Below are positions 1 to 9,234 of a stretch of DNA of 32,000 bases, piece after piece. The notes beneath the pieces were generated by a model. That model was not told the DNA's origin. It saw nothing but the letters and a program-made list of their open reading frames with translations, and made no database searches. Numbering within the stretch: the first letter of the stretch is position 1; each line of letters opens with the position of its first letter. The DNA is from Haloquadratum walsbyi C23 (GTDB lineage Archaea; Halobacteriota; Halobacteria; Halobacteriales; Haloferacaceae): contig NC_017457.1 of the NCBI RefSeq assembly GCF_000237865.1, forward strand, positions 1-32,000, given 5' to 3'. Made by a program: the position numbers and the translations under genes.

Positions 1-34
1 TTCGTTAGAGTGACAAAAGATCCATTAGATATGA

Positions 35-361
35 TTATCGTCTGTGTGTCTTGGAGATGTTGGTCTCGGAGAAATCAACCATGCTAAGATAAGTGAAATA
101 AACCTTGTCCTCACGCACATACCTATCACCGGTAGTATCAACCGAGCGGTGATTCAGATCGGAAGCCAACATATGGAGTGGATAGCCTGTCTTGTTGGCG
201 AGATAGGAAGCAGCGGATCGACGTAGCGTGTGGCTGGTGATTTTCCACCGAGTCCGCCTTTCCCTGTCTTCGTACATCTTCTCCTGAATACCTGCTCTCT
301 TGACAGCGGTTCTGATGATACGTGAAACGTGCTCAGGTCGCATTTGTTCTCTCTGATTCAA
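35..361 (-). pseudogene. Tyrosine recombinase (phage-integrase family), C-terminal catalytic fragment only
   Basis: The 108-aa ORF carries the H-x-x-R box (SHTLRRSAASYL), a second His region (LNHRSVDTT) and the nucleophile Tyr context (GDRYV). The N-terminal roughly 200 aa, including the box I Arg and the core-binding domain, are missing. No integrase-like reading frame continues upstream of 361. Confidence 0.6.
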
Positions 362-586
362 GACCGACAGTGATCTTGGCTAACGGCTAGTGGTTGCTTC
401 TTTTGGAAATACTGTCCACAATGTCTCGTTCAGTCTGTTCTCTCAGATATTTAACGGTTTGATTGTGTATTTTGGAGGTATAAGTCAATATTCTTCGTTC
501 GTATGAGTAAAGGAAAATTCACGAACATTACCATTCAAAATAGTTCAATTGAATTATTATACGTTGCTACCGACACTTCGATTTTT

Positions 587-631
587 CCTTATGTAACAAT
601 CTGCTTTCTTTCGCTCAATTATTACATAAGG
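587..631. promoter_or_regulatory. Palindromic element copy 1: CCTTATGTAA-N25-TTACATAAGG
   Basis: Perfect 10-bp inverted repeat read directly from the sequence. The same half-sites recur at 5915-5949, 18271-18314 and 18929-18973. Confidence 0.5.
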
Positions 632-917
632 TATAGCCGGTCGGTCTCGCAGAAACAGTGATCTTCATAACGTGCGTGTTCTTCTTGTCTGAATCATGAA
701 AACAGACGCTGTGCTGTGTTGGTCACTACTCTTCGGTGACATGATACACTTGCCAAATGTGGGGGAGAAAATTATCTGAATAGACGAGACACCTGACACG
801 GCTGATGTTTCTACTGCAGCTGAGGATGATGTAAAGAGAGGGTCGATACAGGAGTTTATCACTGACCGAACCGGGTGGACTGACAGCCGATGTGAGGAAG
901 TAACCAATACGCGGGTT

Positions 918-1166
918 GTGATACTCCAATATCTGCGTAATGAGGCAACTGGTAAGCATCAGCGTGTTCCAATAAGGCGTCTACTCGAAGGTTGCCAAGA
1001 TCGTGATGCCACAGTCACGAACCAGACCGTTGACCCGCAGGCGTCGAATCTGAATCAAAGCGTCTTCTATGAGAAAACTCTGAAGCCAATTCTCGACGAT
1101 GCAAGCGATGCTGGACTGATTAGTAGGCTCCAAGGAGGAGATTATGGCTGGTATTGGGACAGCTAA
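918..1166 (+). CDS. Hypothetical protein, possibly 5'-truncated
   Basis: GTG-start ORF of 82 aa. The frame is open upstream to 780 but has no start codon there. Composition is acidic and plausible; no motif recognised. Confidence 0.3.
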   Translation: MILQYLRNEATGKHQRVPIRRLLEGCQDRDATVTNQTVDPQASNLNQSVFYEKTLKPILDDASDAGLISRLQGGDYGWYWDS

Positions 1167-1253
1167 TGTCGTGAAAGTTACTTATTAAGCCACTCTCTGC
1201 GACTGTCTTCATGAGACCGGCGAAGATTATCATTGTGAGTCGCCAACTTGACG

Positions 1254-1478
1254 ATGCTTTTAGATGATTTGCTGATATTATTCGTATCTATGTTTGGATT
1301 GGGGGGCGGCGATGATGATACAACCAAACTGCAGGATTGTATTCTCAATCAGTACGATATGGGTGTTTCAAATCCAAAACAAATTGCAGCAGACTGCGAC
1401 TGTTCTCAATCATATGTTCGTGAAACATTGAACGATTATCGCAGTGGATGGGATGACAATGACACAGGCTTACTCTGA
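1254..1478 (+). CDS. Small hypothetical protein with an HTH-like segment
   Basis: ATG at 1254, two codons inside the TTG-start ORF. The segment SNPKQIAADCDCSQSYVRETLNDY looks like a helix-turn-helix. The C-terminus is acidic. Confidence 0.35.
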   Translation: MLLDDLLILFVSMFGLGGGDDDTTKLQDCILNQYDMGVSNPKQIAADCDCSQSYVRETLNDYRSGWDDNDTGLL

Positions 1479-1764
1479 CCCTCTATCAACACTTCGGGAA
1501 CTCCCACCACGTCTGTTGAGTTATCAATAACACGAATATAGGGGGATAGTGTAACAAGGAATTGAAATATTTCAACTGCGTTTATGTGGCGTTATAATAT
1601 TAATAGTGAACCCGCATCTGCGGGCATTTACCCCCTGGGTTAGGTAGTCAAAACACCAGTATACCAGCCTAAATTCATTCACACTGACAAATCAGTGATA
1701 CTGTCGTGTCTCATATCCAGAAAATTAGAATAGAATTCTTCTTATTGTGCAAGGATAGTGTGAT

Positions 1765-2136
1765 GTGAATCGACGAAAGTTCCTCGCTGCAATTGGGTTT
1801 TTCTCTCTCGGTGGATGTTCATCAAGCTCTGAGCAGGAACTGCTCATAGATTCTGACTTTTTTGTCATCAATAGCTGTGACACCGTGGTACAAGGTTCTG
1901 TTCGAATCAAAGATGAAAATGGAGGTACGATAGATCAAGAAGGATTCCTCGTTGATAGTGGTGAAACAAGCATATTCACAGCAAGATTACAAGATACAGA
2001 GGAAATCATCATTACTGTGGATCTTGATCACCCCGAAGAAACGACATATGACCAAACGGAGATTCCCGCTCATTCTGAAGAGTATGAGATCGACATCCAC
2101 TCAGATGGTATCGATGTGGAATGGACCGACTACTGA
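1765..2136 (+). CDS. Secreted lipoprotein, paralog A (RRKFL signal plus lipobox Cys)
   Basis: N-terminus MNRRKFLAAIGFFSLGGCSSS gives a twin-Arg-like signal and a lipobox Cys. It is a clear paralog of 3211-3576 (GF[LM][VL]DSGET, TY-Q-EIP, EY[ED]I motifs). Confidence 0.7.
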   Translation: MNRRKFLAAIGFFSLGGCSSSSEQELLIDSDFFVINSCDTVVQGSVRIKDENGGTIDQEGFLVDSGETSIFTARLQDTEEIIITVDLDHPEETTYDQTEIPAHSEEYEIDIHSDGIDVEWTDY

Positions 2137-2306
2137 TTTTCTCGATAAGATGATATAATTAATCTATAGTCTTCGCATAGATGATACGCTGATTGGCGGG
2201 TCAGATGATCAGAGTATCTCACTTCGTGTCTACAGTACCGTGAGAGATTGAGAGATGTTCATGTCATTTAGATAATGGTATATAAAACTGCATCATATCT
2301 GTAGAT

Positions 2307-2939
2307 ATGTCGTTAGTACATGGGGCATACAACGGGCGTAAAGAAATCGTAGAGGACGGAACGGTATTAGATAAGAATGAAAGAGCTTGGCTAATTACTG
2401 ACGTAGATTGTTCTGAGACGGTTCAGATAACTAGCATTGATTTGGAACCAGCACGGTTTCGAATGCATGGTGAGGTGATTGATGGCAACAAACAATATAT
2501 CGATATGACGTTTGATTTACTGAGTCAAGCCCGCCTAGCATACGGGTTATGGAATACATACGGACCGTTCAGTGAACCAGAAGGGGATGCAGTACCGGTA
2601 GAAGTAGCTATCGGAGGACAGGAAGCCGTTGCTGGATACCTACTGATAAATGGTGGATACCCACGATCATGTACACGTGTGGCTGAAAAGATGGATGTGG
2701 ACGAAGACACGGTATTGAATTGGTGTAGTCATGTTTGCTGGGAACCCAGCCGTGATCAAATACACGAACAGGTTATTGAAGCCGTACATTCAACAGACGG
2801 TGAATTTACTATCAGTGAATTACTGCAAACTGTCGATGCATCATACGAAATGATACAAACAGTACTGGCTGAGATGAGCCAATCTAATGTCGCAGAGGAA
2901 GTAAATGAATATTATAACCGCTGGCGAGTAACTGACTGA
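2307..2939 (+). CDS. Hypothetical protein
   Basis: 210-aa ATG ORF with acidic composition. It has a possible HTH-like stretch (RSCTRVAEKMDVDEDTVLNW) and a wHTH-like C-terminus. No family recognised. Confidence 0.6.
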   Translation: MSLVHGAYNGRKEIVEDGTVLDKNERAWLITDVDCSETVQITSIDLEPARFRMHGEVIDGNKQYIDMTFDLLSQARLAYGLWNTYGPFSEPEGDAVPVEVAIGGQEAVAGYLLINGGYPRSCTRVAEKMDVDEDTVLNWCSHVCWEPSRDQIHEQVIEAVHSTDGEFTISELLQTVDASYEMIQTVLAEMSQSNVAEEVNEYYNRWRVTD

Positions 2940-3210
2940 GATTCACGCTTCGGCTTTTACTCTTTATTTCAATCATATGTAGCACGAACAGGTGGAATCC
3001 CAGCAAGGATCCGACACTATTACGCTGGGCTTGTTATCCCTTAGATAGGCTGATGGTATCAATAACATACTGTTCAAGATGTGGCCATAGCAGTATAAGA
3101 ACACATTAGCGTGATTGATCATGAGAAAATATGACCAATATTAACGCCTTATGTCTCACATCCAGAAAATCGGAGTTAAATTTTCATTCACCATAGATAA
3201 ACAATCAGAT

Positions 3211-3576
3211 ATGATCCGGCGGAAATTCCTCGCTATCTCCGGGCTGTTCTTATCTAGTGGATGTCTGCCAGAATTAGAGGATTCGAAAGATTCTGAGTTT
3301 TTAATTAGTAATAAGCGTGATAGTGAATTAGATGTCTCTATCCGTTTAAAAGGTGGAGAGAGGGGATTCGCTGTGGAAGGATTCATGCTTGATAGTGGTG
3401 AAACAGGTCAATTCGCAGCGGGGTTTGTAGGTGTGGCAAAAAACATGACCGTTGTTGCGAAGATTCTCAGCCCACAAGAGGCGACATATCAGCAGAAGGA
3501 AATTCCAGTAGGGATTCCAGAGTATGACATTAGGATTCAACCAAACAGTATCAGCGTAGTGTGGGTTGCGCATTGA
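3211..3576 (+). CDS. Secreted lipoprotein, paralog B
   Basis: I placed the start at the internal ATG 3211 (MIRRKFLAISGLFLSSGCLPE), which aligns with the start of paralog A. The 20 extra N-terminal codons of the track ORF (3151) cover the conserved upstream DNA element instead. Confidence 0.7.
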   Translation: MIRRKFLAISGLFLSSGCLPELEDSKDSEFLISNKRDSELDVSIRLKGGERGFAVEGFMLDSGETGQFAAGFVGVAKNMTVVAKILSPQEATYQQKEIPVGIPEYDIRIQPNSISVVWVAH

Positions 3577-3686
3577 TGCTCCCGGTAGGTGGTGTAATTA
3601 ATCTGGGGAGATTATTAGTATATATCTCGCAGCTGAGTATGTCGTCAGTCGCTAGGTGAGTCCTCATGTGACAGGACTATACCACT

Positions 3687-4145
3687 CTATGTATCTACGA
3701 TAGTGTCGTCAAAAAGCATCTGAGCCACGGGTGATGTGGACGTAACCACTACGATGAGCGGTAGAAGATTTCGATCAGGTGAAACAGTCTTACGACTGTC
3801 ATTGTATTTGATCGCACTCACATTATTTAATTTGGGGAGATGAGTCTGAATCAGCGACGTATAGACATTATGATAAGAATCTCCAGTTGCAGATTCGACT
3901 GATACATCCTCCTCAATAGCAGTCACTTCACGAGCAAGATCCCGTACTGTCACGACAGGAGCAGCTTTTTGATCACTCTTGATGAAATTGACTAAATTCA
4001 TACCTGTAGACGCAGTGATCGCCCGGTGAGCAAGAAGTCCAGCCACCAGCCGTCGTCGAGAAGCACGAAGAGAATGGTATACTACGGATATTGATTGGTC
4101 AGCGTACTGCGTAACGACTCTTGGTATCTCAACCATATCATACAC
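3687..4145 (-). CDS. Haloarchaeal ArsR-like winged-helix protein (DUF7344-like)
   Basis: The N-terminal motif VYHSLRASRRRLVAGLL matches my recollection of the haloarchaeal 'L.n.RRR.vL..L' wHTH family. 152 aa, acidic. Confidence 0.55.
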   Translation of the reverse strand: MYDMVEIPRVVTQYADQSISVVYHSLRASRRRLVAGLLAHRAITASTGMNLVNFIKSDQKAAPVVTVRDLAREVTAIEEDVSVESATGDSYHNVYTSLIQTHLPKLNNVSAIKYNDSRKTVSPDRNLLPLIVVVTSTSPVAQMLFDDTIVDT

Positions 4146-4325
4146 GCCCAGTTTGGCTTAGCCGATTGTAAGTTGAGTATTGTATATTATTATGCTGAAC
4201 TGGGTGGTTTCTTTGTCTGAACATCTATATAATCAATTTCTCCTGATCTATATTAATTCTTTTGTAAGAACTAATTCTCTTAAATGAGCAAATTCCTATG
4301 ATTTTGCTACTGCTGTTCTTGATAA

Positions 4326-4568
4326 ATGGGCTCTCCAGGTCGGAAACCAACTGTCGCTGATGAGGATATTCTTGCTGTCTTTCGTCAAGCTTCAGATCCA
4401 GTGTTAACGACTCAAGAGGTATCGAATGAACTCGAAATCGGGCATCGTGGTACTTTTGACCGATTAAAAAAGCTCGTTGAAATGGACGACCTGAGTATGA
4501 AAAAAGTCGGAGATACGGGGGCTGTATGGTGGTATCCTGCTGCGCTGAGAAATAAGTATCAGTCCTGA
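4326..4568 (+). CDS. Small wHTH transcription regulator (phiH1-repressor-like)
   Basis: 80 aa with ILAVFRQASDPVLTTQEVSNELEIGHRGTFDRLKKLVEMDDLSMKKVGDTGAVWW. This is the typical pattern of small haloarchaeal and haloviral winged-helix repressors. I prefer it over the overlapping minus-strand ORF 4225-4608, which has non-acidic, low-complexity composition. Confidence 0.6.
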   Translation: MGSPGRKPTVADEDILAVFRQASDPVLTTQEVSNELEIGHRGTFDRLKKLVEMDDLSMKKVGDTGAVWWYPAALRNKYQS

Positions 4569-4723
4569 TAACCAGATTCCCTATCTCCACACTATTTTTT
4601 CGCCACATAGTCTCGTGTATTGAATTGGGAGTTTTCCATACAAATTGAGTTAATACATCATATGTCCTAGATTAGACGATCAGAATCATCGTATCATATC
4701 TTATGTCTGCAAACTCATCATCA

Positions 4724-4741
4724 ACTCAATCGGTGATTGAG
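4724..4741. repeat. 18-bp palindromic repeat ACTCAATCGGTGATTGAG, copy 1
   Basis: Identical 18-mer at 5476-5493. It contains a 7-bp inverted repeat (CTCAATC/GATTGAG) with a 3-nt spacer. Confidence 0.7.
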
Positions 4742-4815
4742 TGTCCAGTTGAATATGCCGATTCTGTGGTATGGATATAAGCAGAAGCCCATGAATTTCG
4801 ATCAAGTATATTTTG

Positions 4816-5481
4816 CTATCCACTGAATATTAGATAGTTTGGCACCTTGTTTTTCTTATTAAAATTGATCTGTTCCCAAGAGAACAGATCTCCGAGAACA
4901 ATCTCCATTGAGTGAGGATCAAAATACCCAACATTTAGCGGGGAAACTCGGGACATATATCGATTGATTTCATCGGGGTCATGACATCCCTCAGTGTGGA
5001 TTATCAGATATGTTTGATAATCATTTTGAGATAGAACTTCAAAACGATCTCTAAGATTGAATTTTCTGGCTTTGTAGAAAATTTCTGCTGTTATATATGC
5101 CGGCGAAGTAACACGCACATCAGCGAAAATGAAATCTGGTTGTTCACCAACCCATCGTTCGGTGTCAATCTCTACTGGTTTATTTGTATCTCGAGCAAGG
5201 CGATTATAAATAGCTTGCAGCGAGATTTCAGAGGCAAGTCGATGCTCGTCAGAAGCAGCGTCATTGGCAAAACAGTCAGAAGAGCCATCTTTATGATTAA
5301 AATACTCAAGCAACTCACTTGACGAGGAGTCAAAGGTAACTTCTTTGCCACAACTTGGACACATAAACGTTGAATTGAGAGCCATTCGAGGCTTAACTTG
5401 CGTCCCTCTGACGATACGCTTTAATTTCTCAGTTTCAGCGACAAACACTACCTCTAAGTTAGGTTCATCCCACTTACTCAA
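4816..5481 (-). CDS. CoiA-like nuclease (Zn-ribbon plus PD-(D/E)xK-like core)
   Basis: CPSCGKEV...YFNHKDGSSDC...SDEH resembles the CoiA N-terminal signature (CPxC...HFxH...C...EH). It is followed by PDFIFADVRV...AEIFYKA, a nuclease-core-like segment. The start is uncertain: TTG at 5481 or ATG at 5385. Confidence 0.5.
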   Translation of the reverse strand: MSKWDEPNLEVVFVAETEKLKRIVRGTQVKPRMALNSTFMCPSCGKEVTFDSSSSELLEYFNHKDGSSDCFANDAASDEHRLASEISLQAIYNRLARDTNKPVEIDTERWVGEQPDFIFADVRVTSPAYITAEIFYKARKFNLRDRFEVLSQNDYQTYLIIHTEGCHDPDEINRYMSRVSPLNVGYFDPHSMEIVLGDLFSWEQINFNKKNKVPNYLIFSG

Positions 5482-5493
5482 TCGGTGATTGAG
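5476..5493. repeat. 18-bp palindromic repeat ACTCAATCGGTGATTGAG, copy 2
   Basis: Identical to 4724-4741. It overlaps the TTG start of the CoiA-like ORF. Confidence 0.7.
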
Positions 5494-5914
5494 GGTGTAA
5501 CGATTGTTTTCTTATAATAGTCTAGTATCAAGAGTATGAGCAGGAGGCTCAATTCACACGTGAGTACTCCCGTACAGATCATTGGAGGTAGCTGTGTAAG
5601 TGCAATCATCGTGATAGAACGGCACGATATTGCACTCACACGATTACTGCGTGTTAAATTTTTCAATCACTCACTTTTGCTCAGCTTGATTCATTCCATC
5701 GTCATCAGAGTTGTTTTGACCAACAAATCTGTGTGCAGAAATTTTATTTAGTTCATTGAGCCGTTCAACAAGACGTCTTGCCGTTTCTCAATACTGGGCA
5801 AACAATTACCTGATCCCCTTATCGGGTTATGAATGACATAATGAGTTCTCTATCACCGTTGATATAGGTTTTATTGGAATTATGCGTATCAGGATCACGT
5901 CTAAAGTAGGATAT

Positions 5915-5949
5915 CTTATGTAATATATTGATTCCATATTTTACATAAG
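5915..5949. promoter_or_regulatory. Palindromic element copy 4: CTTATGTAA-N17-TTACATAAG
   Basis: Perfect 9-bp half-sites read directly. It lies in the roughly 1-kb non-coding stretch 5482-6554. Confidence 0.5.
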
Positions 5950-6554
5950 GGACGAAATTATCACAACCATTAATTATCAATAATATTATACCAGCGTTTC
6001 TGTGCAAGCTGTCGATGCTTATTCCTACTCAATATCACGAGTTGTGATTGCGTCGAGTTCCTCCGCCGTTGAGTTCACTCTTACTTACATAGTCAAAAAA
6101 ATGCTGTAATATGTGTTGAATATACTGATATCAGCAGATCTATAATCACTTTCGTGTTTCATGCTCAGAAAGTCGATTCTATGGCTGGAGAACAATTTGT
6201 AAAGTATGATTCAGTTGCTGATTTTTTGAGGGATATACCATTATGATTGATAATGAACGGTATTCAGCCGATGTAGACACGGATCTGCCTCCACTGAAGA
6301 CCTCTTAGATTAGCACATTTCACCACACTGGGAAACTAGAATTGCCCCAATCGTAATCGTGACAGGGTCTACTCAGAGGAGACTCTATATGAGATGTATG
6401 CACGTTCATTCCATCAGTGCGGTCTGAACCAACACAGATTGCGTATTCATTCATAATGATCATAGTAATAATATTTATCTTGTTTATGATGGTAACTGCA
6501 ACTGTATCGAGAGATTTTATGATACTACAAAAATACACCCATGAGTAACTGAAT

Positions 6555-9113
6555 ATGACGACAGAAGAGAAATATAAGGATACAATTCGTATCCTCCACA
6601 TTGATGATCAATTCGACTTTGCCGAGATGACGACAACCTTTCTGGAGCGGGAAAATGACCGATTCAACACCGAAATCGCCACTAGTGCGAACGATGGGCT
6701 TGCTCGCCTCGCTGGCTCGACATTCGATTGTATTATTTCTGATTACGATATGCCTCAAATGGATGGAATCGATTTTTTGGAAACTGTTCGAGAGGAGTAT
6801 CCTGATCTCCCATTTATTCTGTACACAGGCAAAGGATCCGAAACAATCGCCAGCGAAGCTATCTCTGCCGGAGTGACTGAGTATCTCCAGAAATCATCTG
6901 GAAATGAACAGTACGAACTGCTAGCTCATCGGATTGTGAACGCTGTCGACCAGTCACAGGCTGAGCGACGAGTTCAACAAGAGCAACAGCGATTTCAAAC
7001 CCTGTTTGATCGTCTCTCACAACCTATCGTCGAAGTTCAATATGAATCCGACGAGCCAATTGTGACTTACGTGAATTTGGCTTTTGAGGATGTATTTGGA
7101 TATGAAGCCAACACGCTCGTAGGCGACTCCCTCGACGCCCACATCGTTCCTGACGATCGAGTTGATGAAGCTGAAGCAATTAATCAATACGTTCAAGCAG
7201 GTGGTCGCCTCAAATCTCGGAGGGTAACCCGTGAGACTGTAGATGGTCTGCGTGAATTCCTGATTCAGAACGCTGTCTATGATGATGGTTCTGGTGGATT
7301 TGCTATCTATACAGATATTACAGATCGAACTGAACGCAAAGAAACGCTCAAACGAAACCAAGATCTGCTCCGACACACCGAACAGTTGGCTGATGTCGGT
7401 GGGTGGGAAGCTGACATGGAAACGGGTGAGGCACGTTGGACGCAGGGAACATACGCAATCCACGATATTGATCCTGATGATGAGTTTGAGCTATCACTGG
7501 AGACTGGAATCGAGTTTTGCCATCCTGATGATCAGGCAAAAATTGAAACAGCGATAAGCAACTGTCATGCCCACGGCGAACCGTTTGAAATTGAGTTGAG
7601 ACTCATTACTGCTGAAAATGAACAAAAATGGGTACGTGCCACTGGTGAGCCGGTATATGATAGTGACGATGTTACCAAAATTCGGGGTGCAATCCGTGAT
7701 ATCACACAACAGCACGAACGTCGTCAACGACTCGAACAGATTGAGACGTTCTTTGAGCATACGCAGGATTCTCGATTTTTGATCAGTGTCGGCGAAGAGT
7801 TTGTGATTGAACGAGTTAATCAGTCCTGGGAAGACGCATCAGGCGTCTCAGCTGAGGAAAGTTGTGGACAGACGATACAGGATGTACTGGATGAAAGTCA
7901 AGTAAAAAAAGTTGAACAGAAATATCGGAACTGTGTCGAGCAACGAGAGACACTCGAATACGAAGAGCGACTCCAGATTGGCGATGACCCTGTTCATTGG
8001 CAGACTAGAATTACACCAGTCGTCATCGACGGGGAGGTTGAGTATATTGCCGGTGTAACCCGTGATATTACTGATATCAAACATCGAAAACAAGAGTTGG
8101 CTGAATTAAACCAGAAGTATCAGACACTTGCAAAGAATTTCCCCGATGGTGCAGTATACCTCATCAATGAAAATTTCGAGTATGTCTATGCTCGAGGCGA
8201 AGCATTAGAACGAGCTGACCTGTCGCCTTCGGATATTGAGGGGCACGTCCCACACGACGTGTTCCCTGATGAACTTGCGGATGAAGCCTGCCATCAATAT
8301 GAACAGGCGTTCGACGGGATTGCGACCACTGCTGAGCAGGAGTACAACGGTGACCGATACCGGGCTCGGGTGACACCTGTAGAATCCGATAGTAAAGAGA
8401 TCACTCATGTGATGGCGGTTGCACAGGACATTACCGAGTTCGCTGAGGACAGAAAACAACTCAAGCGTCAAAACAAACGATTGGATGAGTTTGCAAGTGT
8501 CGTGAGTCACGACCTCCGAAACCCACTGTCTGTTGCAGAAGGAAACGTGGAACTTCTTCGTGAGGACTGTAATTGTAATAATAAGAGAATTGACAGGATT
8601 GACTCAGCACTGACTCGGATGGACGACCTGATTGAAAATCTTCTCACGTTAGCTCGTGCAGACGAACAAATAAACGGCACAGAGTCAGTCAATCTCGCCG
8701 AGTTGTCTCAGAACTGCCGGCAGAATGTTGAGACAACTGATGCCGATGCAACAGTTAATATCGATATCACTGCCACACAGAGTATCGAAGCAGATCCCAA
8801 TCGGCTCGCACAGTTATTGGAGAATTTGATGCGGAATGCAATCGAGCATACAAACGAGGATGTGGCAGTCACAATTGGTGAGCTTGAGGATGGATTCTAT
8901 GTCGAAGACGATGGAAGCGGAGTTCCTGCAGATAAGCGAGACGATGTATTCGAAGCGGGCTATACGACGACTAATCAAGGTACTGGGTTTGGACTCTCAA
9001 TCGTGAAACAGGTCGTTGAAGCTCATGGATGGGAGATGTCCCTTACAGAGGGCTCTGAAGGCGGGGCACGGTTTGAAGTAACTCAAGTCGATGGATTAAA
9101 ACCGTCAACATAA
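6555..9113 (+). CDS. Hybrid sensor: response-regulator receiver, four PAS domains, HisKA and HATPase histidine kinase
   Basis: Receiver motifs are ILHIDDQ...DCIISDYDMPQMDGIDF...ILYTGKG. Four PAS-like blocks each end in a '(R)DIT(D/Q/E)' motif. The H-box is SVVSHDLRNPLS (about 8505-8525). N/G boxes are LENLMRNAIEH, VEDDGSGVP and GTGFGLSIVKQVVEAHGW. Confidence 0.95.
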   Translation: MTTEEKYKDTIRILHIDDQFDFAEMTTTFLERENDRFNTEIATSANDGLARLAGSTFDCIISDYDMPQMDGIDFLETVREEYPDLPFILYTGKGSETIASEAISAGVTEYLQKSSGNEQYELLAHRIVNAVDQSQAERRVQQEQQRFQTLFDRLSQPIVEVQYESDEPIVTYVNLAFEDVFGYEANTLVGDSLDAHIVPDDRVDEAEAINQYVQAGGRLKSRRVTRETVDGLREFLIQNAVYDDGSGGFAIYTDITDRTERKETLKRNQDLLRHTEQLADVGGWEADMETGEARWTQGTYAIHDIDPDDEFELSLETGIEFCHPDDQAKIETAISNCHAHGEPFEIELRLITAENEQKWVRATGEPVYDSDDVTKIRGAIRDITQQHERRQRLEQIETFFEHTQDSRFLISVGEEFVIERVNQSWEDASGVSAEESCGQTIQDVLDESQVKKVEQKYRNCVEQRETLEYEERLQIGDDPVHWQTRITPVVIDGEVEYIAGVTRDITDIKHRKQELAELNQKYQTLAKNFPDGAVYLINENFEYVYARGEALERADLSPSDIEGHVPHDVFPDELADEACHQYEQAFDGIATTAEQEYNGDRYRARVTPVESDSKEITHVMAVAQDITEFAEDRKQLKRQNKRLDEFASVVSHDLRNPLSVAEGNVELLREDCNCNNKRIDRIDSALTRMDDLIENLLTLARADEQINGTESVNLAELSQNCRQNVETTDADATVNIDITATQSIEADPNRLAQLLENLMRNAIEHTNEDVAVTIGELEDGFYVEDDGSGVPADKRDDVFEAGYTTTNQGTGFGLSIVKQVVEAHGWEMSLTEGSEGGARFEVTQVDGLKPST

Positions 9114-9234
9114 ATCGATGTGAGTATCCTGATGAAAATATCTGGATATGTCTCATCGGTGAATCTCCAGATATTCTCACTCCGTGCGTCTAGAACGATG
9201 ACAGACAATACGATCACTAATCAACTCTATAAAT

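Noticed and set aside
1611-1624. Short hairpin CCCGCA-TC-TGCGGG in the gap before the first lipoprotein gene.
   Set aside because: It has a 6-bp stem with a 2-nt loop, occurs once, and has no T-tract. That is too small to interpret.
4225-4608. 127-aa minus-strand ORF overlapping the 80-aa wHTH gene.
   Set aside because: The plus-strand product has a clear winged-helix repressor pattern. The minus-strand product is non-acidic, has no motifs, and fully overlaps it.
5819-6007. 62-aa minus-strand ORF in the long gap upstream of the kinase gene.
   Set aside because: It spans palindrome copy 4, is AT-rich with Ile/Asn/Tyr-rich composition, and has no motif. It is likely spurious.
6320-8692. Minus-strand and out-of-frame ORFs overlapping or abutting the histidine kinase gene (6320-6601, 6525-6758, 7017-7463, 7494-7760, 7848-8093, 8164-8510 and others).
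   Set aside because: They have no motifs and a basic, Cys/Phe-rich composition unlike the acidic proteome. They lie fully inside a high-confidence 852-aa gene or in its AT-rich upstream region.
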